Shown: positions 9,733 through 18,707 of the stretch, in pieces
Numbering within the stretch: position 1 is the stretch's first letter
How the letters are laid out: the number at the start of each line of letters is the position of its first letter
Assembly: GCA_044378015.1 (NCBI GenBank)
Contig: JBILXZ010000015.1
Span: 3,013-67,012, forward strand
From: Tagaea sp.
GTDB taxonomy: Bacteria > Pseudomonadota > Alphaproteobacteria > CACIAM-22H2
Length of the DNA: 64,000 nucleotides
Direction: 5' to 3'
The notes under the pieces: generated by a model
What the model was told of the DNA's origin: nothing
The model's input: only the letters and a program-made list of their open reading frames with translations
Databases searched by the model: none
Position numbers and translations under genes: made by a program

Positions 9733-10599
9733 ATGCGCCGCGCCGAACTCTGGGTTCCCTACCGTCTTGTTGCACCTGCGGTTGCGATGGAGCTGGCCTT
9801 TGTCGTTGCCCCTTTGGCGATCGGCTTTTGGTACAGCTTGCACAATGTCCGGTTCTTCCAGATCCGCGGTTTCGTCGGCTGGGACAATTATGTGCGGGTG
9901 CTGACGTCGCCCGAGATCCTCAACAGTTTCGCCGTGACCGCGATCTTCGCGTTCTTCTCGCTCATCCTCACTTTCACCCTGGGCTTTGCGCTCGCACTCT
10001 GGCTCGAACGCGACGGCCGCCTCGCGACCTTCATGCGCGCGGTCGTGCTCGTTCCCTACATGATCGCGATGCTGGTCGGCTCGATGCTGCTCAAATGGCT
10101 GTTTTCGCAGGAAGCGGGACTTGCCCAGCTGGCGCTGGGTCCGCTCGGTCTTGGCGACACGTCCATCCTCGCAAACCCCAACTCAGCAATGGCCGCCCTC
10201 GTCTTCAACGCCATGTGGCGCGATGCCGCCTTTGCCATGATCATGCTGCTGGCCGGCCTCAAGAGCATCCCGCCCGGGCTGCACTTAGCCGCCCGCGTGG
10301 ACGGAGCCGATGCCTGGATGCGGTTTCGGCGCATCACGCTGCCGCTGTTGCGCATTCCAATTCTGATCACGCTCGTCCGACTTCTGATCCATTTCGTTAA
10401 TATCCTGACCTTTCCGCTAATCTTGACCGGCGGCGGGCCCGGCAATGCCACCGAAGTCGTGGTCCTCAAGATGTTCCGGCTCGGCTTCATGGACCATGTG
10501 CTAGGCCCCGCGAATGCTCTGGCGGTGGTGGTGTTCTTCGCCAATCTCGCCCTGGTGGCATTGCTGCTGCGACTGTTCAAACGCGCCGGGAGGCTGTAG
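9733..10599 (+). CDS. ABC sugar permease (MalF/UgpA-like)
   Basis: In-frame ATG at 9733 (MRRAELWVPYRLV...), six TM segments, EAA-like region. The upstream part of the 515-aa track ORF is R-rich nonsense. Confidence 0.85.
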   Translation: MRRAELWVPYRLVAPAVAMELAFVVAPLAIGFWYSLHNVRFFQIRGFVGWDNYVRVLTSPEILNSFAVTAIFAFFSLILTFTLGFALALWLERDGRLATFMRAVVLVPYMIAMLVGSMLLKWLFSQEAGLAQLALGPLGLGDTSILANPNSAMAALVFNAMWRDAAFAMIMLLAGLKSIPPGLHLAARVDGADAWMRFRRITLPLLRIPILITLVRLLIHFVNILTFPLILTGGGPGNATEVVVLKMFRLGFMDHVLGPANALAVVVFFANLALVALLLRLFKRAGRL

Positions 10600-10602
10600 G
10601 CG

Positions 10603-11442
10603 ATGGCCGCACCCTATGCCGAAATGCTCCGTCGCCGGCTCGCGCGCACGCTCGTCAACGCCGTCATTGCGGCCGTCGCATTGCTGCCAATCCTGTGGGG
10701 GTTCTTTTCGTCGCTGAAACCGTCCGATCGGATCGTCGAATTTCCGCCGCGCCTGCTTCCCGAAACGCCGACGCTCGAACATTACCGGCGGATATTCGCC
10801 GACCAAGCAGCCGACTATATCGCCAACAGTCTGGCCGTGTCGGCGGCCAGCGTGCTGCTGACGCTGGCGCTTGGCGCGTTCGCCGGCTACGCGATCGCGC
10901 GTTTCAAGTTCCGCGGCCGCGACGGGCTGATGGCAGCGACCGTCGCAATCATGTCGATCCCGATCGCCTCGCTGCTCGTGCCGACCTTCACGCTGCTCAG
11001 CACGGTCGGGCTCACCGACACGCGCATCGGCCTCGTTCTTCTCTACAGCGCCTATCAGTTACCCGTCGTCGTCTGGATGCTCTACGGCTATTTCCTGTCG
11101 CTGCCCGTCGAAATCGAAAATGCGGCGCGCGTCGATGGCTGCTCGCCAATGCGCGCGCTGGTCAAAGTCGTGTTGCCGCTTTCGAAGCCGGGCCTGATCG
11201 CGGCCGGCTTGTTCGTGCTCGTCTTCGCGTGGAACGACTTCGTCGTCGCCGTCACCATGACGTCGAGCGAAGCGGCGCGGACGTTCCCAGTCGCGATCTA
11301 TTTCTATCTCGGATTCTACGGGCGCGAATGGGGCCCGCTGCTCGCGGCATCGATCGTTTCGATCATCCCCATCGTGGCGATTTTCATCTTCCTGCAACGG
11401 CACTTCGTCTCCGGCCTGACCGGCGGCGGGGTCAAGGGCTGA
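10603..11442 (+). CDS. ABC sugar permease (MalG/UgpE-like)
   Basis: TM-rich with the ARVDGCSP EAA-loop region. Lies 4 nt after the previous permease. Confidence 0.85.
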   Translation: MAAPYAEMLRRRLARTLVNAVIAAVALLPILWGFFSSLKPSDRIVEFPPRLLPETPTLEHYRRIFADQAADYIANSLAVSAASVLLTLALGAFAGYAIARFKFRGRDGLMAATVAIMSIPIASLLVPTFTLLSTVGLTDTRIGLVLLYSAYQLPVVVWMLYGYFLSLPVEIENAARVDGCSPMRALVKVVLPLSKPGLIAAGLFVLVFAWNDFVVAVTMTSSEAARTFPVAIYFYLGFYGREWGPLLAASIVSIIPIVAIFIFLQRHFVSGLTGGGVKG

Positions 11443-11446
11443 GCGC

Positions 11447-12550
11447 ATGTCGGCAGTTGTTTTCAGCGGCGTTTCGAAATCCTACGGCGCCAACGTCGCG
11501 CTGGCGCAACTCGATCTCGAAGTCGCGTCGGGCGAGTTTCTTTCGCTGCTGGGGCCGTCGGGATCGGGCAAGTCGACCACGCTCGGCTTGCTCGCAGGCC
11601 TCATCGACGCCGATGCGGGCCGAATCGAGATCGCCGGGCGCGACGTGACGGGCCTACCGCCGGAAAAGCGGGATCTGTCTATGGTGTTCCAAAACTACGC
11701 GCTCTATCCGCATCTGACGGTGTTCGAGAACATCGCCTTCCCGCTCGAAGCGCGCAAACCGCAGCCCGATGCGGGCGCCATTCGCGCCAAAGTCGAGGCG
11801 GTAGCGCAGACCCTCGGCATCGAAGCGCTGCTGGCCCGCTATCCGCGCGAAATCTCCGGCGGCCAGCAGCAGCGCGTGGCGCTGGGTCGTGCGATGGTGC
11901 GCGATCCCAAGGTGTTTCTGCTCGACGAGCCTCTGTCGAATCTTGATGCGCGCTTGCGCATCCGCATGCGCCGCGATCTCAAAGCGCTGCACGCCAAACT
12001 CGGCTCGACCATCGTCTATGTCACGCACGACCAGTCGGAAGCCATGACGCTGTCGAGCCGCATTGCGATTTTCAACCATGGCCGATTGCAGCAAATTGCC
12101 TCGCCCGCCGAAATCTACGACCGGCCGGCGAACGCGTTCGTCGCCAACTTCGTCGGCGACCGCGAGATGAATTTTGTCGATGGCGCTTTGACGAACGTTG
12201 CCGGGGCACCCTTTTTTGCGTTTCCCGGCGGCACGATACCGCTCGCCGCATCGGCCGCACTGGTCGACGGTCCGCGCGAGATCCGTCTTGGCGTGCGCGC
12301 CGAGGCTGTCGCCGCACTGCCTGCGTCGTCGCCGGGAACCGTCGGCGGCATCGTGCTGGTCAGCGAACTGGCAGGACCCGATCTTTTTCTGACCGTGCGC
12401 ACGCAAGACGGCCAGGAGATCCTCGCGCGCGCCGACCCGCGCGCCGCCCGCTTCGGCGAAGGCGACAATGTGGGTCTGCAACTCGACCCGGCGCGCATCC
12501 ATCTGTTCGACCGCGAGTCGGGCGCAAGCCGGCATCACGGCGAAATGTGA
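11447..12550 (+). CDS. ABC transporter ATP-binding protein (MalK/UgpC-like)
   Basis: GPSGSGKST Walker A, LSGGQQQRVALGRAM signature, and a C-terminal TOBE-like domain. Confidence 0.9.
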   Translation: MSAVVFSGVSKSYGANVALAQLDLEVASGEFLSLLGPSGSGKSTTLGLLAGLIDADAGRIEIAGRDVTGLPPEKRDLSMVFQNYALYPHLTVFENIAFPLEARKPQPDAGAIRAKVEAVAQTLGIEALLARYPREISGGQQQRVALGRAMVRDPKVFLLDEPLSNLDARLRIRMRRDLKALHAKLGSTIVYVTHDQSEAMTLSSRIAIFNHGRLQQIASPAEIYDRPANAFVANFVGDREMNFVDGALTNVAGAPFFAFPGGTIPLAASAALVDGPREIRLGVRAEAVAALPASSPGTVGGIVLVSELAGPDLFLTVRTQDGQEILARADPRAARFGEGDNVGLQLDPARIHLFDRESGASRHHGEM

Positions 12551-12581
12551 CTTTTTGAAACCCAATGGCAGAGAGACGGAT

Positions 12582-13988
12582 ATGGCCCAGAAAATCGAGC
12601 ATGCGCAGTACGACGTTGTTGTCGTGGGCGGCGGCTGTGCGGGAATTGCGGCGGCAATCAGTGCGGCCAAGAACGGCGCCAAGACGCTGCTGGTCGAAGC
12701 CGGTTCGATGATCGGCGGCGAACTGATCACCGGTCTGCCGGTCGACGGCGCGCTCAATGCGCGCGGCGAATGGGTCGTGGGCGGCGTGCTCAAAGAAATT
12801 CTCGACGAGCATGCGCGCCTGGGCGGCTATATCGGCCCGGTCAAGGATTGGCGGCTGATCTGGTATGTTTGCATCGACCCCGAAATCATGAAGGTCGCCG
12901 TCAGCAATGTCGTGCGGCGCCACGGCGTGCATGTTTGGATGTATTCGTTTGCCGAAGATGTCGTAACGCGCGGCGGCGAAGTGACCGGCGTGGTCATCCT
13001 CAACAAGCGCCAACGCACGCTGGTCACGTCAAAGGTCTATATCGACTGTTCGGGCGACGGCGATCTTGCCGTGCAAGCCGGTGCGGACACCATGGTCTCG
13101 AACGATAAAGGCGAGTACCAGCCTTTGACGATGCTGTTCCGCATCTCCGGCGTGGATTCCAAACGCCTGCTCCAATTCTGCGTCGATGCGCCGGAGAATC
13201 TTGCTCTGGGCGAAAGCGAATGGATGGGGGCCGAGCTTTCGGCGCGCCAATGCGCCGAGAGGCTCTACGAACAGGGCCAGCCGGCCGTGTTCATCAAGGG
13301 CAACGGCCCCATGATCGAAGAGGGAATTCGCAGCGGCGAGCTCAAATACGAAACCGCCCTCATCGGCATCATCCCGGTTTCGGCCGAGCGTGGCGAAGTG
13401 TCGGTCAATACGACCCGCATCGCCAATATCGACGCGACCGATACAGTGAAGCTGTCCGACGCCTTCGGAACTCTCGTCGATCAAGTCTGGAGCTGTGTGG
13501 GATTCATGCGCCGCCGCATCCCCGGCTTCGAGAATGCGCATTTCAGCGGCCTGTCGCATCGCGTTGGCATCCGCGAGACGCGCCGGATCGTGTGCGACTA
13601 CGTGCTGACCGGCGACGACGTGCTGAACGCGCGCAAACGCGAGGACGGGATTGGTAAAGGCTCGCACCATATCGACATCCACCAAGACGGCATCAAGCAG
13701 GTGCGCATCCCGGTGCGCCATGGCGGCTCGTACGACATGCCCTACGACATGATCGTGGCGCGCGGCATCAAAAACGTTTACGTCGCCGGCCGCTGCATGT
13801 CGGCCGATCGGGAAGCGCACGGCTCGGCGCGCGTCATGGGGCCGTGCATGGCGCAAGGCGAAGCGGCCGGTCTCGGTGCTGCGATCAGCCTGCGTTCGAA
13901 CGATCCGGGCGACATTCGCAGCGTGCCCATACGCAAACTTCGCGACGGGCTCGCGATGCAAGGAGCGGTGCTCGAAGGTACGCATTGA
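12582..13988 (+). CDS. FAD-dependent oxidoreductase (FAD_oxidored-type)
   Basis: N-terminal dinucleotide-binding motif DVVVVGGGCAGIAAAISAAKNG from the ATG at 12582. The TGA overlaps the ATG of the next gene (TGATGG). Confidence 0.75.
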   Translation: MAQKIEHAQYDVVVVGGGCAGIAAAISAAKNGAKTLLVEAGSMIGGELITGLPVDGALNARGEWVVGGVLKEILDEHARLGGYIGPVKDWRLIWYVCIDPEIMKVAVSNVVRRHGVHVWMYSFAEDVVTRGGEVTGVVILNKRQRTLVTSKVYIDCSGDGDLAVQAGADTMVSNDKGEYQPLTMLFRISGVDSKRLLQFCVDAPENLALGESEWMGAELSARQCAERLYEQGQPAVFIKGNGPMIEEGIRSGELKYETALIGIIPVSAERGEVSVNTTRIANIDATDTVKLSDAFGTLVDQVWSCVGFMRRRIPGFENAHFSGLSHRVGIRETRRIVCDYVLTGDDVLNARKREDGIGKGSHHIDIHQDGIKQVRIPVRHGGSYDMPYDMIVARGIKNVYVAGRCMSADREAHGSARVMGPCMAQGEAAGLGAAISLRSNDPGDIRSVPIRKLRDGLAMQGAVLEGTH

Positions 13989-15682
13989 TGGGAATGTCGG
14001 TCCCAGGTACGCGGGCCGACTATCTGATCGTCGGCGGCGGCTCGGCAGGTTGCGTGCTCGCCTCGCGCCTGTCCGAGGATCCGTGTCGCCGCGTTTGCCT
14101 TGTCGAAGCAGGCCCCGATTTCGATGCGCAGGCGCGCGCCGACCTGACCGATACGTATGGCGGCCGCGCTTTCGTCGATCCGCAGTATTTCTGGCCGAAC
14201 TTGCGCGCCCGACATGCCCAAGGCGGCGACGACGCAGCCTACAAACAAGGCATGCTGCTGGGCGGCGGCTCGTCGATCAACGGTCAGATCGCGTTGCGCG
14301 GTGCGCCAGCCGACTACGAGCATTGGCATGAGAGCGGCGCAGCCGGCTGGAACTGGACGGCGGTGCTGCCCTATTTCCGCAAACTCGAAACCGATCTCGA
14401 TTTCGGCGGCGACCTGCATGGCACGACCGGTCCCATCGCCATCAAGCGCACGCACAGTGCGACGTGGGATTCGGTCATGGCCGCCTATGCGCGCGCCTGG
14501 TCGCGCCTAGGTTTTGCCCATATTCCGGATTTGAACGGCGAATTCGGCGACGGCTACGGCCCGCTGCCCTTCAGCAACGACGGCACGACGCGCCATTCGG
14601 CATCGCGCGCTTATCTGGGCGCCGACGTGCGGGCGCGCGCCAATCTCGCGATTCTGACCCAGACGCGTGTGCTGCGCGTCGTGACCGAAAACGGGCGCGC
14701 CGTCGGTGTCGAAGCGATGCGCGACGGCGAGCCCGTCCGCCTCGACGCCGAACGCGTGATCCTCGCTGCGGGCGCCTTGCGCACGCCACAAATTCTGATG
14801 CTGTCGGGCATCGGCGACGGCAACGCGCTCGGCCGTCACGGGATCGCGACGATCGCGCACCGGCCCGGTGTCGGCAAAAATCTCCAAGACCATCCGATCG
14901 TATCGATCTCGGCCTACACCGAACCGACCGGCCGCACGGTGCCGCCCTCGCGCGCGGTGACGGCGTATCTGCGCTATTCGTCGCAAGTCGCAGGATGCGA
15001 GCCGTCCGACATGGTGCTGTCCGGCGGTGCGCGCGCGATGTGGCACGCGGTGGGTGCGCGCATCTGCGCGCTGCGCGCCTATATCGCCCTTCCCTATTCG
15101 CGCGGATCCGTCGCCTTGCGGAGCGGCGACCCGCACGTGGCACCCGCCATCGACTTCAACGGCATGTCCGACCCGCGCGACGTGCGGCGCATTGTCGGTG
15201 GCTTCCGGCTTGTCGCAACCGTGCTGAGCGACCACCTGCGCCCCGAGACGGTCAGCGACGTTTTCCCCGCGCGTCTGTCGCAACGGATCGAAGGACTGAG
15301 CCGCCCTATTTTGCGCAACGAACTTCTTTCGCGGATCGGCGCCCTTGCCATGGACAGCTCGAAGCCTTTGCGCCGTTTCCTCATTCGCCGGGTCATTACC
15401 AACGGCGAGTCGCTGACAGACATCCTGCAGAACGACCGAACAATCGAGGACTATGTGCGTTCTACACTCGGAACGTCTTGGCACGCGAGCGGGACGTGCC
15501 GTATGGGTGCTCGTAACGACGACGCCAGCGTCGTCGATTCGAGCGGTGCTGTGATCGGTGCGCGCAATCTCTTTGTTGCCGACGCATCGATCATGCCGCG
15601 GATTACGCGCACCAATACGAATCTTCCGACCCTCATGCTCGCCGAACGTCTTGCCGACCTCATTCCGAAAGCTGCCGCATGA
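13988..15682 (+). CDS. GMC family oxidoreductase (choline dehydrogenase-like)
   Basis: ADYLIVGGGSAGCVLASRLSED N-terminal motif plus a GMC C-terminal region. Start ATG at 13988 overlaps the upstream stop codon. Confidence 0.85.
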   Translation: MGMSVPGTRADYLIVGGGSAGCVLASRLSEDPCRRVCLVEAGPDFDAQARADLTDTYGGRAFVDPQYFWPNLRARHAQGGDDAAYKQGMLLGGGSSINGQIALRGAPADYEHWHESGAAGWNWTAVLPYFRKLETDLDFGGDLHGTTGPIAIKRTHSATWDSVMAAYARAWSRLGFAHIPDLNGEFGDGYGPLPFSNDGTTRHSASRAYLGADVRARANLAILTQTRVLRVVTENGRAVGVEAMRDGEPVRLDAERVILAAGALRTPQILMLSGIGDGNALGRHGIATIAHRPGVGKNLQDHPIVSISAYTEPTGRTVPPSRAVTAYLRYSSQVAGCEPSDMVLSGGARAMWHAVGARICALRAYIALPYSRGSVALRSGDPHVAPAIDFNGMSDPRDVRRIVGGFRLVATVLSDHLRPETVSDVFPARLSQRIEGLSRPILRNELLSRIGALAMDSSKPLRRFLIRRVITNGESLTDILQNDRTIEDYVRSTLGTSWHASGTCRMGARNDDASVVDSSGAVIGARNLFVADASIMPRITRTNTNLPTLMLAERLADLIPKAAA

Positions 15683-16548
15683 CCCAAGAAACCCCGCCGC
15701 GCATAGAAGTCCGAAACGCAAACGGTACAATCGGCGCCGACATTCTTGGCGTCAATTTCGCCAACCTCGCGTCGATCGACATTCCGACTGTTCGCAGCGC
15801 TTGGCTTGAGCGCGGCGTCGTTCGCTTTCCCCAATGCACGATCGACGACGCCACGCATGTCGCGTTCGCGCGCGCCTTCGGCGAGCTTGATTTCAATCCC
15901 GGCACGCGGCTTACAGGGCGCGTCTATATCGAAGGTTTTCCCGAGTTGGTAAGGGTTTCGAACATCGTCGAGAACGGCGTGCCGATCGGCGAGCTTGGTG
16001 CGGGCGAAGCCGATTGGCATTCGGACATGTGCTTCATCGAACGCCCGCCCTCGGCCTCTTTGCTTCGCGCACTCGAAGTTCCGAGCGGCGGCGGCAATAC
16101 CCATTTCATCGATATGGTCGGAATTCTTGAGGCGCTCCCGAATGACCTTCGACGCGATATTTCGGGCCTCTCGATCAAGCACGACGCAGTGTACGCTTCT
16201 TCAGGTAAGCAGCGCGCTGGCACTATCGCGCCAACGGGCGGGGACATACGCAACATACCGGGTGCCGTCCATCCGATCGTTCAGCGTCACCCGGAAAATG
16301 GGCTGGAGACGCTCTATCTGGGAAAACGGTATAATGCCTATGTCATGGGCCTCGAAATTGCCGACAGCGAAACCCTGCTCGATCGCCTCTGGCAGCACGT
16401 ATCAAACGCCTCGCCGCAGCATTTGTGGACACAAACTTGGCGGATCGGCGACCTGATCATGTGGGATAACCGCCGAACGATGCATCGCCGTGACGCGTTC
16501 AATGGCACCGCAAGACGACTGCTTCATAGAGCTGTTGTGAAAGGCTGA
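15679..16548 (+). CDS. TauD/TfdA family Fe(II)/2-oxoglutarate-dependent dioxygenase
   Basis: WHSDMCFIERPP... HxD...H arrangement and the ~290-aa size of the taurine dioxygenase family. Overlaps the GMC gene by 4 nt. Confidence 0.85.
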   Translation: MTQETPPRIEVRNANGTIGADILGVNFANLASIDIPTVRSAWLERGVVRFPQCTIDDATHVAFARAFGELDFNPGTRLTGRVYIEGFPELVRVSNIVENGVPIGELGAGEADWHSDMCFIERPPSASLLRALEVPSGGGNTHFIDMVGILEALPNDLRRDISGLSIKHDAVYASSGKQRAGTIAPTGGDIRNIPGAVHPIVQRHPENGLETLYLGKRYNAYVMGLEIADSETLLDRLWQHVSNASPQHLWTQTWRIGDLIMWDNRRTMHRRDAFNGTARRLLHRAVVKG

Positions 16549-16590
16549 TCACCTTTGCGGACTTAAGGGATTTCTGAAAAGGTCGAATAG

Positions 16591-16650
16591 TTCTCACTTT
16601 CGTCGCCACTGGCGTGCCGTAATGGATGTAAGTGAGAGCCTTTGGCGGCA
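16591..16650 (+). repeat. Copy 2 of the ~58-bp nested-hairpin repeat, followed by an AT-rich tail
   Basis: ttctcactttcgtcgccactggcgtgccgtaatggatgtaagtgagagcctttggcggcagg. Same orientation as copies 1 and 3. Followed by low-GC sequence 16651..16790. Confidence 0.8.
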
Positions 16651-16784
16651 GGGCTGCAAAGCGCCGAAAAATTCACAACTATATAAAAATATTTGAGTAC
16701 ATGGCTCAACTATAATCGAGTCAACGCGGTGCCGATCCCTCATTTGGTGTGGTTCAATGGTTCAGTGAGGTCAAAGGTCGGCGT

Positions 16785-17417
16785 TCACGTCCAGACATCG
16801 CTAGCTCGGGTTGTAAAAGCCTTTTTTGCATCGACATCCGCGAGGAAGTCAGACCACAGTTCCTTGCCCAGTCTCCGACGCGCGAATGCGCCAGCCATTG
16901 AGAGATACGCTTTCAGGACCGCATGCATGTCGTCCACGTACCCTGAAAGGATCGTTTCAGTGCCAGAGCCATACGCAAGAAAAAGCGCCTCGCGATAATT
17001 CGCCTTGCCGCGGTAGCGTGCTGCCTGATGAACGAACCCCACAGGCCTCCGTTTAAGCCATTCATCCCGTAACTTCCTGGCAGCTTTCGAGCGGAAGCTA
17101 TCCACGCCCAGATTCTTGAAGTCGCGGTGACGTTTCAGATCCTCTTCCGTCTTCCAAGCGTACCACTTTGCCGATCCCGACAAATATCCGGCAGCTGCGC
17201 CCAGTGCGTCCTCCATCCTGAGGGGGCGCTTCTGAAGGTTCCCCACGCTACCATTCCGCAGTGAAACGACCTCCGCCTTATAGGTCTCCTCCACGAGAGT
17301 GCTCACTCTCCAGTTGAACAGCACCATTGCGAGACCGCGACTTGCGATTTGCTCGTCCCACAGCCGCGCCGTTCCCGCGTGGTCCTCTTGGAAAGATCCG
17401 GATTGCGCGGCGGTCAT
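16785..17417 (-). CDS. Hypothetical protein (orphan, lower-GC patch)
   Basis: 210-aa ORF with protein-like composition (…AKWYAWKTEEDLKRHRDFKNLGVDSFRSKAARKLRDEWLKRRP…). No recognisable family. Local GC ~56% versus ~65% elsewhere. Confidence 0.4.
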   Translation of the reverse strand: MTAAQSGSFQEDHAGTARLWDEQIASRGLAMVLFNWRVSTLVEETYKAEVVSLRNGSVGNLQKRPLRMEDALGAAAGYLSGSAKWYAWKTEEDLKRHRDFKNLGVDSFRSKAARKLRDEWLKRRPVGFVHQAARYRGKANYREALFLAYGSGTETILSGYVDDMHAVLKAYLSMAGAFARRRLGKELWSDFLADVDAKKAFTTRASDVWT

Positions 17418-17462
17418 CGCGCTCGCCGAGTTTGCGATGCCATATGGCCTGAGCCCATGAAC

Positions 17463-18368
17463 TCACCCGTTTGAAGGTAGAGTCTGTTCCTTATTTGACC
17501 CTGTTTGGGTGGTTGTTGCAACGGGGCGAGGCGCGAAGCCCCGTGGGTAGCGCAGCGTCTCGCCCCGTTGCATCGCGAGGACGCTTGCCGCAGCGAAGGC
17601 TGCCGGTGTTTGGTTGTTGATCGAGCTGTGCGGCCGGGCTGTGTTGTAGTCGATCCGCCAAGCCTCGATCTTCTTGATGGCATCGACGAGCGAGCCGAAC
17701 AGGTACTCGTTCAAACACTCGTCGCGCAGCTTGCTGTTGAAGCTTTCGATGAACGCGTTCTGCGTCGGCTTGCCGGGCGCGATGTAATGCCATTCGATGC
17801 CGGTCTCCATCGTCCACTGCAGCACGGCCCGGCTGGTCATCTCGCCGCCATTGTCGCTGACGATCGACAGCGGCTTGCCCCGCCGCTCGATGATCTTGTC
17901 CAACTCGGCGACCAGACGTCGCCCGGTGATCGACGTATCCGGCACCGTCGCCAGGCTCTCCTTCGTGAAGTCATCGACGACCGTCAGTATGCGGAACCGC
18001 CGACCTGTCGTGAGTTGGTCGGCAACGAAGTCCAGCGACCAGCGCTGGTTCGGGCCTTGCGGCAAAGCCAGCGGAGCCCGCACGCCAATGGCTCGGCGTC
18101 GGCCGCGACGGCGCTGCACCTGCAGCTTCTCTTCGCCGTAGAGCCGCCGGAAGCGTTTGTGGTTCATCCGCACGCCCTCCCGTTCGAGAAGCCAACGCAG
18201 TCGGCGATAGCCGAACCGCCGTCGCTCGGCCGCCAGCGCACGCATCCGAGCGCGCAGCTCGGCATCGTCCGGCCGCATCGACTGGTAGCGGAAACTCGTT
18301 CGATCCATCTCCAGAAGCCCGCAGGCGCGGCGCTGGCTCAGTCCGTGCGCCGTCATCGTGTGCTGCAC
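17463..18368 (-). CDS. IS3-family transposase OrfB (integrase catalytic core)
   Basis: rve-type DDE core (…[10 protein letters not shown]…SDNGGEM…). Made as an OrfAB fusion by a −1 frameshift from orfA, which lies in a different frame and ends at 18392. Confidence 0.9.
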   Translation of the reverse strand: MQHTMTAHGLSQRRACGLLEMDRTSFRYQSMRPDDAELRARMRALAAERRRFGYRRLRWLLEREGVRMNHKRFRRLYGEEKLQVQRRRGRRRAIGVRAPLALPQGPNQRWSLDFVADQLTTGRRFRILTVVDDFTKESLATVPDTSITGRRLVAELDKIIERRGKPLSIVSDNGGEMTSRAVLQWTMETGIEWHYIAPGKPTQNAFIESFNSKLRDECLNEYLFGSLVDAIKKIEAWRIDYNTARPHSSINNQTPAAFAAASVLAMQRGETLRYPRGFAPRPVATTTQTGSNKEQTLPSNG

Positions 18369-18391
18369 CGCCCGACGCCGCGCCGCAGGCT

Positions 18392-18658
18392 TCAGAAGTT
18401 TCCCGAGGCGATATCCTTCAGCGCCGCGTTGTCCAGCATCGCCTCGGCCAGCAGCTTCTTCAGCTTCCGGTTCTCCTCTTCCAGAACCTTCAGCCGCCGG
18501 GCCTCAGACACCGTCATCGCCCCGTACTTGGCTTTCCAGTTGTAAAGAGTCGCCTCGCTGATCCCGTGCTGGCGGCACAGCTCGCCGACTTTCCCGCCGG
18601 CCGCGTGCAGCTTCAGGATCTCGATGATCTTCTCTTCCGTAAACCGGCTCTTCTTCAT
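18392..18658 (-). CDS. IS3-family transposase OrfA (HTH)
   Basis: [46 protein letters not shown]… with a leucine-zipper-like end. Confidence 0.9.
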   Translation of the reverse strand: MKKSRFTEEKIIEILKLHAAGGKVGELCRQHGISEATLYNWKAKYGAMTVSEARRLKVLEEENRKLKKLLAEAMLDNAALKDIASGNF

Positions 18659-18707
18659 CGTCCGCTCCTCTCTTCGGGCGGACTCTACACTTCTCAGTGG
18701 GCGGGTT

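Noticed and set aside
17505-18545. 346-aa plus-strand ORF across the IS3 element
   Set aside because: It is antisense to the clearly homologous IS3 orfA/orfB, and its composition is Arg/Ala/Pro-rich, typical of high-GC shadow ORFs.
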